This document shows, piece by piece, positions 28,858 through 39,278 of a DNA stretch of 64,000 bases. How positions within the stretch are numbered: the stretch's first letter is position 1; each line of letters opens with the position of its first letter. Made by a program: the position numbers and the translations under genes. The stretch is from the NCBI GenBank assembly GCA_040285745.1, contig JAUFOR010000006.1, positions 434,001 through 498,000 on the forward strand, written 5' to 3'. Origin of the DNA: Barthelona sp. PCE (taxonomy: Eukaryota). The notes under the pieces were generated by a model. That model was not told the origin of the DNA. It was given only the letters and a program-made list of their open reading frames with translations, and ran no database searches.

Positions 28858-31176
28858 ATGAGCGATAACAACACCAACGTTCGTCCTAACCGCCTTGTCG
28901 TAGACGATTGGCCCCAAGCCTCAAACAACGATATTTTCGATCAGTCTATTGCCTTATCTCCTGAAAAGATTGACGCCCTCGGTCTTTTCAAGGGTGCCAC
29001 AGTCAAGATTGTTGGTAAGAGGAAGTCTGAATTCATTGCACAAGTCACTGAAGACGCTGAACTCGATCCCGCTAAAATTCGTATTCCCCGTCACGTCAGA
29101 AAGAACCTCAACGTCAAGTTGAACGATATGGTTACCATCACTGAGAAAGACGCTGAGTTCTTGACCAGAGTTCGTGTTCTTCCTTTTGCTGATTGTCTTG
29201 ACGGTGTCAGCCCCGAGAGCAACCTCTTTGAGTCTCACCTCCGTGGTTACCTGCAGAACTCCTTCCGTCCTTTGACCGAGAACTCTACTTTTATTGTTCG
29301 TGCCAACAACCTTCCTATCGAGTTTAAGGTTGTTGCAACTGAGCCCCCCAAGTTCGGTATCTTCTCTGACCAGACCGAAATCTACTGGGAGGGTGATGCA
29401 ATTGAGCGTGATGAAGAAGATTCAGGTGTTTTCTACGATGATATTGGTGGTTTAACGAAGGAATTGTCTCAGATTAGAGAAATGGTTGAAGTTCCACTTA
29501 AGTACCCCAAGCTCTTTACTGCCATTGGCTGTAAGCCCCCCAAGGGTGTTTTGCTGTTAGGTCCTCCCGGTGTTGGTAAGACTTTGATAGGTAAGGCTGT
29601 CGCTAACGAATGCGATGCTTTCTTCTGTCTCATCAACGGTCCTGAGATTGCTTCCAAGACAATGGGTTCTTCAGAGGCTCGTCTTCGTTCAATTTTCGAA
29701 GAAGCCGAGAAGAACGCGCCCTCAATCATTATGATTGACGAGATTGATTCTGTAGCTCCCAACAGAGATAAGGTTCAAGGTGAAGTTGAGAAACGTATCA
29801 CCGCTCAGCTCCTCACTTTGATGGATGGCTTAAAGAAACGTTCCAATGTTGTTGTCATTGCAGCAACAAACAGACCTAACGCTATCGATCCTGCTCTTCG
29901 TCGTTTCGGTCGTTTCGATCGTGAAATTGAAATTGGTGTCCCCGATGAGACTGGTCGTCTTGAGATCTTGGAGATCCATACACGTAACATGAAGATTGAT
30001 GAAGACGTTGACCTAGTGGCTATTTCAAAGGAAACCCACGGTTTTGTTGGTGCAGATCTTGCTTCGATCACTACAGAGGCTGCCATGCAGTGCGTCCGTG
30101 AGAAGATTAACATTCTTGACTTCGACGCTGATGAAATCGATGCAGAGATTCTCGCTTCACTTGCTGTTAACCAAGATCATTTCAAGTATGCTCTTTCTCA
30201 GGCTAACCCCTCCGCGCTCCGTGAGTCTCACATTGAGATTCCCGACGTTACATGGGAGGATGTTGGTGGTCTTGAGAACACCAAGCGTGAACTCATCGAG
30301 ATGGTCTCGTACCCTCTTGAGTATCCTGATGACTTCGAGGCTTTTGGTATCAACCCTGCACGTGGTGTTCTGTTCTTTGGTCCCCCCGGTTGTGGTAAGA
30401 CCTTGCTTGCAAAGGCTATTGCTAACTCCACACAGGCCAACTTCATCTCTATCAAGGGCCCTGAGCTCCTTTCCATGTGGGTTGGTGAGTCAGAACGTGG
30501 CATGCGTGATCTCTTTGATAGAGCTCGTCGTGCAGCACCTTGTGTTCTTTTCTTCGATGAGCTTGATTCCATCTCTCGTACCCGTGGTTCTACACCTGGT
30601 GACTCTGGCGCTTCAGACCGTCTCCTGAACCAGTTCTTAACTGAGCTCGATGGTATCGGCGGTAAGAAGCAGCTCTTTGTCATTGGAGCTACTAACCGTC
30701 CAGACGTCATCGATCCTGCTCTCCTTCGTCCCGGTCGTCTTGATCAACTCATTTATATTCCCATGCCTGACATTGATAGCCGTGTATCTATCCTTCAGGC
30801 CAACCTTCGTCGTGTTCCCATTGACGAATCTGTTAACCTGAGAGATATCGCTGAGGTTACTGATGGTTACAGTGGTGCAGATCTTACTGAGATCTGTCAG
30901 CGTGCTTCCAAGATGGCTGCACGTGCTCACATTGAAGATAAGATTCGTCAACGCCGTGAGGCAGAGATGAACGGTGAAGAGTACATGGAAGAGGCAGACT
31001 TTAGTCCTTCTGTCAACGTAGAACACTTCAGAATTGCTTTAGAGGAATCCCGTCGTTCTGTCTCTGAGGTTGATCTTCAGCGTTATGAGGCTCTTCGTGA
31101 GAGAATGGCCAATAAGGGTGCTGGTTCTTTTGCCGCCGCTGCTAATGAGAGCGCTGCTCCCAATGATCTGTACTAA
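28858..31176 (+). CDS. CDC48: Cdc48/p97/VCP AAA+ ATPase
   Basis: N domain plus two AAA modules (GPPGVGKT/IDEID; GPPGCGKT/FDELD), RRFGRFDRE, RPGRLDQ, C-terminal DLY; strong codon bias. Confidence 0.98.
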   Translation: MSDNNTNVRPNRLVVDDWPQASNNDIFDQSIALSPEKIDALGLFKGATVKIVGKRKSEFIAQVTEDAELDPAKIRIPRHVRKNLNVKLNDMVTITEKDAEFLTRVRVLPFADCLDGVSPESNLFESHLRGYLQNSFRPLTENSTFIVRANNLPIEFKVVATEPPKFGIFSDQTEIYWEGDAIERDEEDSGVFYDDIGGLTKELSQIREMVEVPLKYPKLFTAIGCKPPKGVLLLGPPGVGKTLIGKAVANECDAFFCLINGPEIASKTMGSSEARLRSIFEEAEKNAPSIIMIDEIDSVAPNRDKVQGEVEKRITAQLLTLMDGLKKRSNVVVIAATNRPNAIDPALRRFGRFDREIEIGVPDETGRLEILEIHTRNMKIDEDVDLVAISKETHGFVGADLASITTEAAMQCVREKINILDFDADEIDAEILASLAVNQDHFKYALSQANPSALRESHIEIPDVTWEDVGGLENTKRELIEMVSYPLEYPDDFEAFGINPARGVLFFGPPGCGKTLLAKAIANSTQANFISIKGPELLSMWVGESERGMRDLFDRARRAAPCVLFFDELDSISRTRGSTPGDSGASDRLLNQFLTELDGIGGKKQLFVIGATNRPDVIDPALLRPGRLDQLIYIPMPDIDSRVSILQANLRRVPIDESVNLRDIAEVTDGYSGADLTEICQRASKMAARAHIEDKIRQRREAEMNGEEYMEEADFSPSVNVEHFRIALEESRRSVSEVDLQRYEALRERMANKGAGSFAAAANESAAPNDLY

Positions 31177-31180
31177 TATG

Positions 31181-31186
31181 AGTAAA
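31181..31186 (+). terminator. Candidate polyadenylation signal AGTAAA (representative copy)
   Basis: 4 nt after the Cdc48 stop and followed by a T-run; recurs at 13 other gene ends. Confidence 0.55.
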
Positions 31187-31211
31187 TAATTCGACCAAAT
31201 TTTTTTTTTTT

Positions 31212-32129
31212 TTATTCGATTATGCTAAGCACCATTGATGCTATCTGAATATATCTATCATCCAAACACGTAAACCCCAAAATGTTCTGTTGAGCACAGC
31301 TTAAACTAGACATATGTATCGGATTCTCTACTGCAACATGATCAATTATCAACTCGTATTCTTCCTCGTTAACAACCTCCAGGCGAAGAACATGTACATG
31401 ATTTCCTCCGAAATGCGCATATCTTTGGGTTGCAAAGCCGATACAGTAGTTATTATCTGCTATTTTTGAACACTCGAAATTACTTTTGTAAATTTTAAAA
31501 CCTTGTGGAGTCCATGTTAAAGCACATAACATGTTTTTGTTGTCTAAAATGGGTATTAGAAACATTGGTTTAAAATAATAACATATATCAGTCACACGGG
31601 TCAAACTATACTCTGCTAAAGAAATCCTATGCTGTACCTCATGTACTTCACAAAAAACTTCTGCACCTGCACTACTCAACAGTAATACTGATTCATTAAG
31701 CCCCACAAATATTCTTTGGTAATCTTTGTTTGTTTCAAAATCAAAAATTTTACGTTTCTGTGTTCCATCCAATTTCATTTGAATGACATAAATATCACAT
31801 AGCGGAATAAAGTACAACATTTCATTGTAAAATGCAACGTCACAATACATTTCCTTGAGAATGACGTGGTTTTCAAGTATGATCTGATCATCAACACAAC
31901 GAAAAGCAAAAAATTCTTTTGAAGATAACAAAACAACCATATCTCCAGAAATACGCAATATTAGGTCTTCAGGCTCATTTGTAAACTGCACCATAACCTG
32001 TGTTCCCAACATGGTCTTCTTTCCTGGATCATAAATCCCCATAACATAACTTTCATCATATTGAAGTACAGCCCATCGTGAACTACTAAAAATACCAATG
32101 TTTATGAACTCTTGGAACAATTCTAACAT
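31212..32129 (-). CDS. Hypothetical protein, beta-rich (possible divergent beta-propeller)
   Basis: About 305-aa ORF; first ATG at 32129. Confidence 0.65.
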   Translation of the reverse strand: MLELFQEFINIGIFSSSRWAVLQYDESYVMGIYDPGKKTMLGTQVMVQFTNEPEDLILRISGDMVVLLSSKEFFAFRCVDDQIILENHVILKEMYCDVAFYNEMLYFIPLCDIYVIQMKLDGTQKRKIFDFETNKDYQRIFVGLNESVLLLSSAGAEVFCEVHEVQHRISLAEYSLTRVTDICYYFKPMFLIPILDNKNMLCALTWTPQGFKIYKSNFECSKIADNNYCIGFATQRYAHFGGNHVHVLRLEVVNEEEYELIIDHVAVENPIHMSSLSCAQQNILGFTCLDDRYIQIASMVLSIIE

Positions 32130-32270
32130 ATACAAAGACAAAAAAGAAACAAAATTAAAAGCATTAGTCTCTTACATTGTGAGTTTTAAATATCACCCAT
32201 AAGGTTAACTGTATATGTTACTATTAATAGACTTTCTTTACTTGTGGTAGAAAAAGACAATCAAAAATTT

Positions 32271-33239
32271 TTATTTCTCGAGAATTCGTTTATGAATCTT
32301 AGAAATCGGATCTTTCTCAACATTTCTCTTTCGCCTAAGACGCCGCAAACTCCTACCTGCACTACCACAGATGAACTGAACACTATTACTATCATTTTGA
32401 TGTGTATGTGTGTCAAAATCAAGCATAGGTGATGAATTTGGTCTATCCTCGGAAAACGTCGTTGAATCAAAAGTAGACGAACTCATAGTTGTTTGAATCT
32501 CACTTTTTGTGTTAAAATCTGTGCTACTATTATTACTGTCCTTCTCAAGTGCATCATTACTGCTCCTAATACGCCTTTTAAACGTCCTTCGTCTTGGGTT
32601 TGCACCCTCTGGAGGTGCCATAACAGCCATTGGTGGATCAATAATCTTCTTCTTCTTTGTATTAGGGCTATTCATAATATTGAAAAAAATCTTTTCATTG
32701 TTAAAAACCTCAAGATGCGGTAATAAATCAAAACCTATCTTATTTGAACCACCATCTTTATCCATTATTGGGTTATTTAATATATTTAAATGTACTAAAT
32801 ACTGTAAATCCTTTAAAAATTCAATTTGCCTAACTGAATCTATACTATTATGACTTAAATCTAAAATTTCAAGCTTTTCAAGATACATCAAATCTGAAAT
32901 GTCATATAAAAGGTTATTATTTAAATGCAATTCAGTTAAATTAGGAAAACAATTGGATAATCCTGTTATATCCATAATATTACAATTATCTAACCATAAA
33001 CGCTCAAGATTACGGAGAGATGAACCAAAATCTCTTACGGAATTTAAAGTAGAATGGCTTAAACGTAAACTTCTTAGTTTAGGGCAAAAATCTCCCAAAT
33101 TTCCCACTGAAATTTCAGTAGTGTCCACCTTGAGCGACAAACGCGTCATCTCGTGAACCATGTTCTCTGAAATCTGCGCCAATGACGCAATTTTCTTTTC
33201 AGACAGAACTGAACTCAAATAATCATCTATAAACTCCAT
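32271..33239 (-). CDS. LRRC56: Leucine-rich repeat protein LRRC56-like (axonemal dynein assembly factor)
   Basis: LGDFCPKLRSLRLSHS.LNSVRDFGSSLRNLERLWLDNC matches the LRRC56 signature; SDS22-type LRRs and a low-complexity tail. Confidence 0.75.
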   Translation of the reverse strand: MEFIDDYLSSVLSEKKIASLAQISENMVHEMTRLSLKVDTTEISVGNLGDFCPKLRSLRLSHSTLNSVRDFGSSLRNLERLWLDNCNIMDITGLSNCFPNLTELHLNNNLLYDISDLMYLEKLEILDLSHNSIDSVRQIEFLKDLQYLVHLNILNNPIMDKDGGSNKIGFDLLPHLEVFNNEKIFFNIMNSPNTKKKKIIDPPMAVMAPPEGANPRRRTFKRRIRSSNDALEKDSNNSSTDFNTKSEIQTTMSSSTFDSTTFSEDRPNSSPMLDFDTHTHQNDSNSVQFICGSAGRSLRRLRRKRNVEKDPISKIHKRILEK

Positions 33240-33330
33240 TGGCTAGGATCAAATTCGCATCACTGTCACAAATACAAACAAAATAGTTGTTGTAACTATC
33301 GAAAAGGCATAAAAACCAAAAACAAAAATT

Positions 33331-34272
33331 TTACTCCTCTTTTATCTCAACCATTGTTTCTACTTCTTCCTGTGGTTCCATATCTACAAAATACCCAGAA
33401 TCATTCCAGAAACATGAACGCATTTGTATTGTAATATCACCCACTGTTATACTGTCATGAGAAATTGAAACTGCATCGAAATCAAAGTCTTCAAAGAGCA
33501 CCTCGATGATATTCTCGCTGGGTAATGGTTCCTTTGGCATTTCATCTCTCATCAATAACTCACATTGAGCTAATCTAAACATCCCTCCTCTACAAAAATT
33601 ACAAACTAACTCATAACGTTTTTCCAAAGTATCAAAAAACAAAATGCTTGTTAAAAACCTTTCTTCCAATGACAAGAAAGGTGATCCTTGCAGAACTAAA
33701 TGTGGTGCTAATGCGAATTCGTTTGTTAGGTTAAACATACCGTGCATGCTGTAGAACACTGTATTCACACCTGGTGATATAAAGTGCCCGTTGAATGTAT
33801 GGATTAGAACCTCTAAAATTCGGTAACCGTGAACGCCAAGTTGAGGTGATGCCTTTCGTGATGTTAATCTATTTGAGCATGTACTTCCCCAGTGTGTGCC
33901 CTCCTTTATGCGCATGGAAGTCAGGAGTACCATGGCCCCTGCATAACCAGGAGCAGTAGATTCAATAAAGAGCTTTCCAGTATGATATAATGAAGCTACA
34001 AGGTCAGAATTCTCATGATATCCTGTCTGGTTGTTACCCCATACCTGTCTGGCCATAACGTTTGGGTTTTGAATCGTTAAATGATGACTAGGGATGTAAA
34101 TCTGAAAAATAGTTTCGCTTGGTGGACGAAACATTGATATGGGAAACCCTGGTGAGTATACTGATGATACGCTGTGGTTTCCAGGGTTAAATTTATACTT
34201 CTGCAAAGTATTTATCCATTGAAAGTATGGCAATGCCTCGAGATCTGATCTTACATTCTTGTCCTTTACCAT
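33331..34272 (-). CDS. Rxt3-domain protein (Rpd3L/Sin3 histone deacetylase complex)
   Basis: RQVWG...Y.ENSDLVASLYHTG and S..N.L.SR match the Rxt3 WG..YTDDSDLVA.L.H.G motif. Confidence 0.75.
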   Translation of the reverse strand: MVKDKNVRSDLEALPYFQWINTLQKYKFNPGNHSVSSVYSPGFPISMFRPPSETIFQIYIPSHHLTIQNPNVMARQVWGNNQTGYHENSDLVASLYHTGKLFIESTAPGYAGAMVLLTSMRIKEGTHWGSTCSNRLTSRKASPQLGVHGYRILEVLIHTFNGHFISPGVNTVFYSMHGMFNLTNEFALAPHLVLQGSPFLSLEERFLTSILFFDTLEKRYELVCNFCRGGMFRLAQCELLMRDEMPKEPLPSENIIEVLFEDFDFDAVSISHDSITVGDITIQMRSCFWNDSGYFVDMEPQEEVETMVEIKEE

Positions 34273-34386
34273 GTGAAGGAAAATGGAGCGATGAACCGTA
34301 TCGACAATGTGAAAAGGGAAGAGAACGCGTTATCGTTTTTTTGACCATTCTTGTTTTTTTATTCATCCTGAGTAGCTTTTTCTTGG

Positions 34387-35364
34387 ATGAGCGGGCTTGA
34401 TACAGCACTGAGAACGATAATTTCAGAGATACTATTAGCAAACGATGCTAGTGGGATTGAGAGTGGTGCAATGTCCATATTAATAGATTTTGTACACAAG
34501 TACATAAAGAAACTCTGTGATAAAATCGTAGTGTGCAGGCAGTCAGATACATGGGAAAATCTCAAAGTAGATCAACGTATGATGATACTTTTTGAGAAGG
34601 AGTTAATGAACATTCCGAGACTTTTACAACATGCAACAATGTACTCAATGAACAAGCTACCAACGACGCTTGATAGTGAATTCTTTACCAGTGCTTCACT
34701 TAGTTTTGCACCAAATTTCGATATATCCACAATATTCAAAACTGATGAACCTATAGACGATGAGTCTGCCCGTGACACAACCACAGAAGCAGAAGAAGAA
34801 GAAGAAGAAGAAGAAGAAGAACCTTTAGGTATGGAACCAGTGATAACACCGATAGAGATTGCTTTGGAGTTACCAAAGATTGACATTGATGATGAAAGTA
34901 GTCTTCTCACAGATATTAGTGCCCAACAATCGTTAAGCGGACCTGAATCTCTTTCTAAACCAATGCCACAACTCCCACTCTCAAACACACCTCATTTATT
35001 ATCAAAAAATTTGGTTGATGAAACAATGACTTTTGAAACGCCGGATATTAATGCAGCTGACATTGAAGACAGTTTATTAAAGTTGAATGATGGTGAAGCC
35101 AATGAAAAAAATGAAAAAAATGGTATGATTGAGATAGAGGATATTCCAACATTGGAAAGTTCTGTAACTACTAAGATGGAAGCTGTTGTTGAGGATGAGA
35201 TAAAAGAAGAGGTAAAAGAAGTTCGGTTTGAGGAAAAATATTTGTTCATGTACATCCCTCCAAAGAAGAATCCTGAACTTTCAACTGAAGCAGTGTTTAA
35301 TAGTAGCAAGAACCAAATCGTTACTGTTTTTGATTCTCTAATTAAAGAAAATAGTACAAAATAA
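34387..35364 (+). CDS. Bromodomain-associated (BTP) histone-fold protein, TAF8-like
   Basis: ALR.II.EIL......E.GAM.IL.D....YI..L at the N-terminus; acidic linker; MPQLP motif. Confidence 0.55.
   Translation: MSGLDTALRTIISEILLANDASGIESGAMSILIDFVHKYIKKLCDKIVVCRQSDTWENLKVDQRMMILFEKELMNIPRLLQHATMYSMNKLPTTLDSEFFTSASLSFAPNFDISTIFKTDEPIDDESARDTTTEAEEEEEEEEEEPLGMEPVITPIEIALELPKIDIDDESSLLTDISAQQSLSGPESLSKPMPQLPLSNTPHLLSKNLVDETMTFETPDINAADIEDSLLKLNDGEANEKNEKNGMIEIEDIPTLESSVTTKMEAVVEDEIKEEVKEVRFEEKYLFMYIPPKKNPELSTEAVFNSSKNQIVTVFDSLIKENSTK
34791..34820 (+). repeat. (GAA)n microsatellite encoding poly-Glu
   Basis: agaagaagaagaagaagaagaagaagaaga inside the TAF8-like CDS. Confidence 0.9.
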
Positions 35365-35901
35365 AAAAAGCAGTTCTCTTTAATTGTGAAGAAGTTTTTG
35401 AAGTGCAATAAAAAGGTAAGAAATTCATTCTTCGGATATACATCCTGTTTCGTGGATTTAACATAAAAGTTGTTCTTTGACTACACCACAATAAAGTGTT
35501 ATTCTCTAAAAATATACCTTAAAAACTTAAGTAAAAAAGTATTAGTGGAGTATGCTTTATGTTATTTTACTATCTATAATTCTATTGCTAAACTTACATC
35601 TAGCTGATTTTTGCACGCTACCTGCAATTTTTGATTGCACTAAAATATTTTTTCTCAGCGTATAAACAAAATATAAATATTCTGCATGTTTGATTGTGAG
35701 TATTTTTGTGTTAAAACAATGATTTTTGGATGTTTAAATGTGTGAAGGCTTGTGATAATAAAGATTACAAAATTTTCTCTTTTTACTACAACTAGAAGTT
35801 TTAAAACTTTCTGCATTTAGCTGCTGAAAGTTATAACCACATCATGTCTTCATTCATGCTATTTTTTGAACAAGAAAGAACTTAAGACTCACTGTCTTAA
35901 A

Positions 35902-36252
35902 TTAATCAAAGGTTAAGTGACTGTAACACTTATGTAAGGCATTATAAATTAACAATACAGCAGTAGAGATACCAAAGAAACATACTGTGAAGGGATCAAA
36001 CATCGATTGTCGACTTATAAATGATGCATCAACTGCAATAGCATCATCGCAATAATTTTGAAAACAATACTCATCATTACAATTTCGAGTCGCATTAAGC
36101 AAAGAGACGGGAAATGTGTAGTCTTGTGAGTCGCATTGGCACACGCATAGGGATAGAGGAAGTGAAGGATCAGGAGCAGCATGTGTTGCGAATATATAAC
36201 TTGCTGTGGATATTGCAATGAGCATGATGGCGATAACCACAAATTTTAGCAT
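35902..36252 (-). CDS. Small Cys-rich type I membrane or secreted protein
   Basis: Signal peptide, CVCQC..C...C...C, C-terminal hydrophobic segment. Confidence 0.65.
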   Translation of the reverse strand: MLKFVVIAIMLIAISTASYIFATHAAPDPSLPLSLCVCQCDSQDYTFPVSLLNATRNCNDEYCFQNYCDDAIAVDASFISRQSMFDPFTVCFFGISTAVLLIYNALHKCYSHLTFD

Positions 36253-36506
36253 TTTTTATGGACAAGAAGATGAAATAGTGGAAAAACAAAGACCAATGCA
36301 CTAAAAATTTGTGCTTTAAAGGCAAAAAAATGTGAAACACATCTTTATTCTGCATGATGAATATTTCAGTAACATACGTGGTGTATCTATTGAATTTAAC
36401 ATGGATGAGCATAAGCATTACAGCAATGCGCAGACACTTGAGCTTAGCATTTACTTTTTCATCCTTTTCATAGTTTTTGGTGATTTCACCTTGTTCATAG
36501 AGATAC

Positions 36507-37181
36507 ATGCCACCAAAGCCAAACCCATTTTCTGTCAAGCCTCGCTTTTCTTTCAAGGCCAACAAGCCATTGTTTAAGACTTCTGCTCAAAAAGCTGCAC
36601 AAGCACGTGTCGCTCCCAAACCTAAGTCAAACAAGCCTTCACTCACTCAGGTTACAATCAACAGTGGAGAAGAGAACGAAAACGTTGTTTATGCTGAGCA
36701 CGGTAAGCTTTATCGTTTCCATGAAGAATCAAACTCATGGAGAGAGAGGGCCCAGGGTGTCATTAAGATCCTTCAGCACAAAACTACCCAAAAGTTTAGG
36801 GTCATTATGCGTCGTGATCAGATCTACAAGGTCGGTTTAAACCATGCTCTCATTGCTGGTATGACCATCCGATTCAAGCCTAATAGCGACAAGATCCTGC
36901 TTTGGGCTTGTAAGGATCATTCCGACGAATCAGAAGGCGTTCCTACTCGTGTTTGTCTTCGTTTAAAGGAAGAGACTGCTGCAGCAAACTTTAAGCGCAT
37001 TTTCGAAAACGCTTGTTCTGAGAACCCCACAGCTGTTGCTACAATCAATCCTGAAGAGGTTGCTAAGTTCCAAGTTGTTGAAAACCCTGAAGAGAACCCT
37101 AAGGAGGAGACAGCCTCAGCCGCTGAGCCCACTCCCACCGAGGCCCCTGCTGCTGAGACCCCAGTTAAGACAGAAGAATAA
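36507..37181 (+). CDS. RANBP1: Ran-binding protein 1 (RanBD)
   Basis: SGEENE, KLYRF, WRERAQG.IKIL, R.IMRRDQ..KV..NH, W.C.D.SD. Confidence 0.92.
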   Translation: MPPKPNPFSVKPRFSFKANKPLFKTSAQKAAQARVAPKPKSNKPSLTQVTINSGEENENVVYAEHGKLYRFHEESNSWRERAQGVIKILQHKTTQKFRVIMRRDQIYKVGLNHALIAGMTIRFKPNSDKILLWACKDHSDESEGVPTRVCLRLKEETAAANFKRIFENACSENPTAVATINPEEVAKFQVVENPEENPKEETASAAEPTPTEAPAAETPVKTEE

Positions 37182-37228
37182 ATCAAGAATTTTAAGTGCG
37201 TTTTCATTTTATTACCTTTTCAGTATGG

Positions 37229-38218
37229 ATGTTTCGTGGATCTGTAGTGCAGGACAGAGATGTGCCACATCTACTTTTTGTTTTAGACGGAATGGGCGAC
37301 ATTGAATATGAAGAGTTGAATAGTCTATCTCCTTTCATTTATGCTGATACTCCTAATGTGTCACGCGTGTTTGGTTCAAAGGCAGACGCGCAGCATATAC
37401 TAACAGCAGCAGAAGGTGTTGTTCCATCGAGTGAGGTTGGGCATTGTGGGTTGATCGGTGTTGATGCGGATTTACTCCCTTCTAGGGGCGTTTTGGAGAC
37501 ATTGGCGTTTATTAATATGCCGAACGGGAGCGTAGGTATAAAGTGCTGCATAGGTCAATTTGTTGATGGTGTGTTACAGCGCAAAGCACTTATCACACGC
37601 GAAAAATCAGAGTTTATGGTGCTAGATGTCATCTCATCCATTCATGATCACCGAGATCTCATATATGGCGTTGAATTCTATGATAATCATCGTTTTGTTC
37701 TTTGCATCAACACAACAGTAGTTCCAAAGACAAATGATCCTTTACAGGACGGACTCATGCCTACAGAATGCAGCGGAGTCCTCAAGGAAATGGTAATAGT
37801 TGCTGAAAACAAATACCCAAATTTTCCGTTTTTATTCCGTGATGCAGGCATTTATAGTGGTGCACTCCCAACCACCAGCAACAACACGGCGTTTGTGAGC
37901 TCCCCTGTGTTGCGTGGTCTGTTCTTTTTTCTTGGATGGGTGGTTGAACCGATAACGTTAGAGAGGATTATGATATCAGTGAGAAATGCTGCACCAGGTG
38001 ATGTTGTACTTGTTAACGTGAAGGAGGTGGACGACAGAAGCCATAACCGAGATTTATATGGAAAAATAGAAGAAATTGAGAAATTTGATTTTTTGTTGAA
38101 TGATATATTACCCTTTGTACCAGATAAAATGAGAATGGTGCTCACAGCGGACCACAGGACGCTGTGTGCCACAGGAAACCATGCTACTGGATGGGTACCA
38201 CTTCTAGTAAAATCTTAA
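37229..38218 (+). CDS. Cofactor-independent phosphoglycerate mutase, archaeal ApgM type (alkaline phosphatase superfamily)
   Basis: LDGMGD, TPN, PSSEVGH (catalytic Ser), RGVLE, DDRSH, K.E.IEK.D, TADH, H...VP; ATG at 37229. Confidence 0.8.
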   Translation: MFRGSVVQDRDVPHLLFVLDGMGDIEYEELNSLSPFIYADTPNVSRVFGSKADAQHILTAAEGVVPSSEVGHCGLIGVDADLLPSRGVLETLAFINMPNGSVGIKCCIGQFVDGVLQRKALITREKSEFMVLDVISSIHDHRDLIYGVEFYDNHRFVLCINTTVVPKTNDPLQDGLMPTECSGVLKEMVIVAENKYPNFPFLFRDAGIYSGALPTTSNNTAFVSSPVLRGLFFFLGWVVEPITLERIMISVRNAAPGDVVLVNVKEVDDRSHNRDLYGKIEEIEKFDFLLNDILPFVPDKMRMVLTADHRTLCATGNHATGWVPLLVKS

Positions 38219-38255
38219 CAACGAAATTACACTTTACTTGAAATAGACAAATTCC

Positions 38256-39026
38256 TTAGGCTCTACGGATGTCCATGTACATGAGAACCATGATGGTACA
38301 CATGACAACATCAATGAAGAAGAAAGCCATGACGTTTGATGTGTAGAAGTCAATTTGAAGCAGAATAGTACGGTAGACACTGTAGATGATCCAGGGGACA
38401 AACATGCTCATGAATCCAGGCCATTTGAATTCTTCCTTGATGTTAACAGATGTAAACGTCTTATGACCAATTATGCAACCTGCAATGAGGTGGAAAGTCA
38501 TGCAACCGAAAAAGTATCTGACGAGGCCCATGATTCCCTGGTTATACTCACCATCAAGTTCAAGAGGAGCAGTTAAAACAAAGAAGATGATACCCATGAA
38601 TGAGCCAAATTGAACAGCCTGCTTAGGGGTATTGAATTCCTTCATGTAGCTCTGAACCATCATGTAGATGAAGAAACAAGCAACAAATGAATGAGCAAAG
38701 AAACCTTTGATGGCCCAGACAATGTAGGGATCCCAGGTTCCTTCAAGGGACTTCATCATATCATTACCAACCTTGACAGTGGCATATCTAAGGAGAACGG
38801 CGGGAATGACCATGATTGCAGCCCAAAAAGCACCAGAAATTTGCACTTCTTCATCAACCTTATCTTCACCACCCTTAATATAGTATTGGCCAATCATACC
38901 GATAAGGTAAATTGGTGGAACAATCAAGAAAAGGGGGTTTGCAACGCTGCTGGAAGAGAACAGCATGTAGACTGAAAACAGTAAACAGGTAGCAGCTACT
39001 ATCTTTAAATACTTTGTATTAACCAT
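38256..39026 (-). CDS. Polytopic membrane protein, degenerate PrsW-like
   Basis: About 8 TMs; G...G..F, R......H......G and a final TM pair in a PrsW-like layout, but most catalytic residues are absent. Confidence 0.5.
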   Translation of the reverse strand: MVNTKYLKIVAATCLLFSVYMLFSSSSVANPLFLIVPPIYLIGMIGQYYIKGGEDKVDEEVQISGAFWAAIMVIPAVLLRYATVKVGNDMMKSLEGTWDPYIVWAIKGFFAHSFVACFFIYMMVQSYMKEFNTPKQAVQFGSFMGIIFFVLTAPLELDGEYNQGIMGLVRYFFGCMTFHLIAGCIIGHKTFTSVNIKEEFKWPGFMSMFVPWIIYSVYRTILLQIDFYTSNVMAFFFIDVVMCTIMVLMYMDIRRA

Positions 39027-39278
39027 TATACAAGCTCACAAGGATATCAAAGATCTAAAAAATGGAAATCTGTGAAATAATGGATTGCAGCACACTCCAT
39101 CTAAATCCACTGAATTCACTTTAACCAACGGTGTTTATCTATGGATTAACAAACAGGGCACGATAAAGAAACCTGTCATATAGTCAATTCGATGTTTTCA
39201 CGAATATTACCATTCTCTTTGCACAAAGTTTTATTTACTTTCTTAAGGGCCTTGTATCATAGTTACCCCACAGAACCC

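Noticed and set aside
28954..31026. Long antisense and alternate-frame ORFs inside Cdc48 (also in the Nup188-like, AP2A and USP genes)
   Set aside because: Expected shadows of codon bias; no motifs; fully nested in conserved genes
31200..31213. Poly-T run after Cdc48 as a retroposition scar
   Set aside because: Short homopolymer in a 35-nt convergent spacer; similar runs occur at other gene ends; no target-site duplication
35365..35901. Long AT-rich convergent spacer as a mobile element or centromere-like region
   Set aside because: No terminal repeats, tandem repeats or ORF remnants visible
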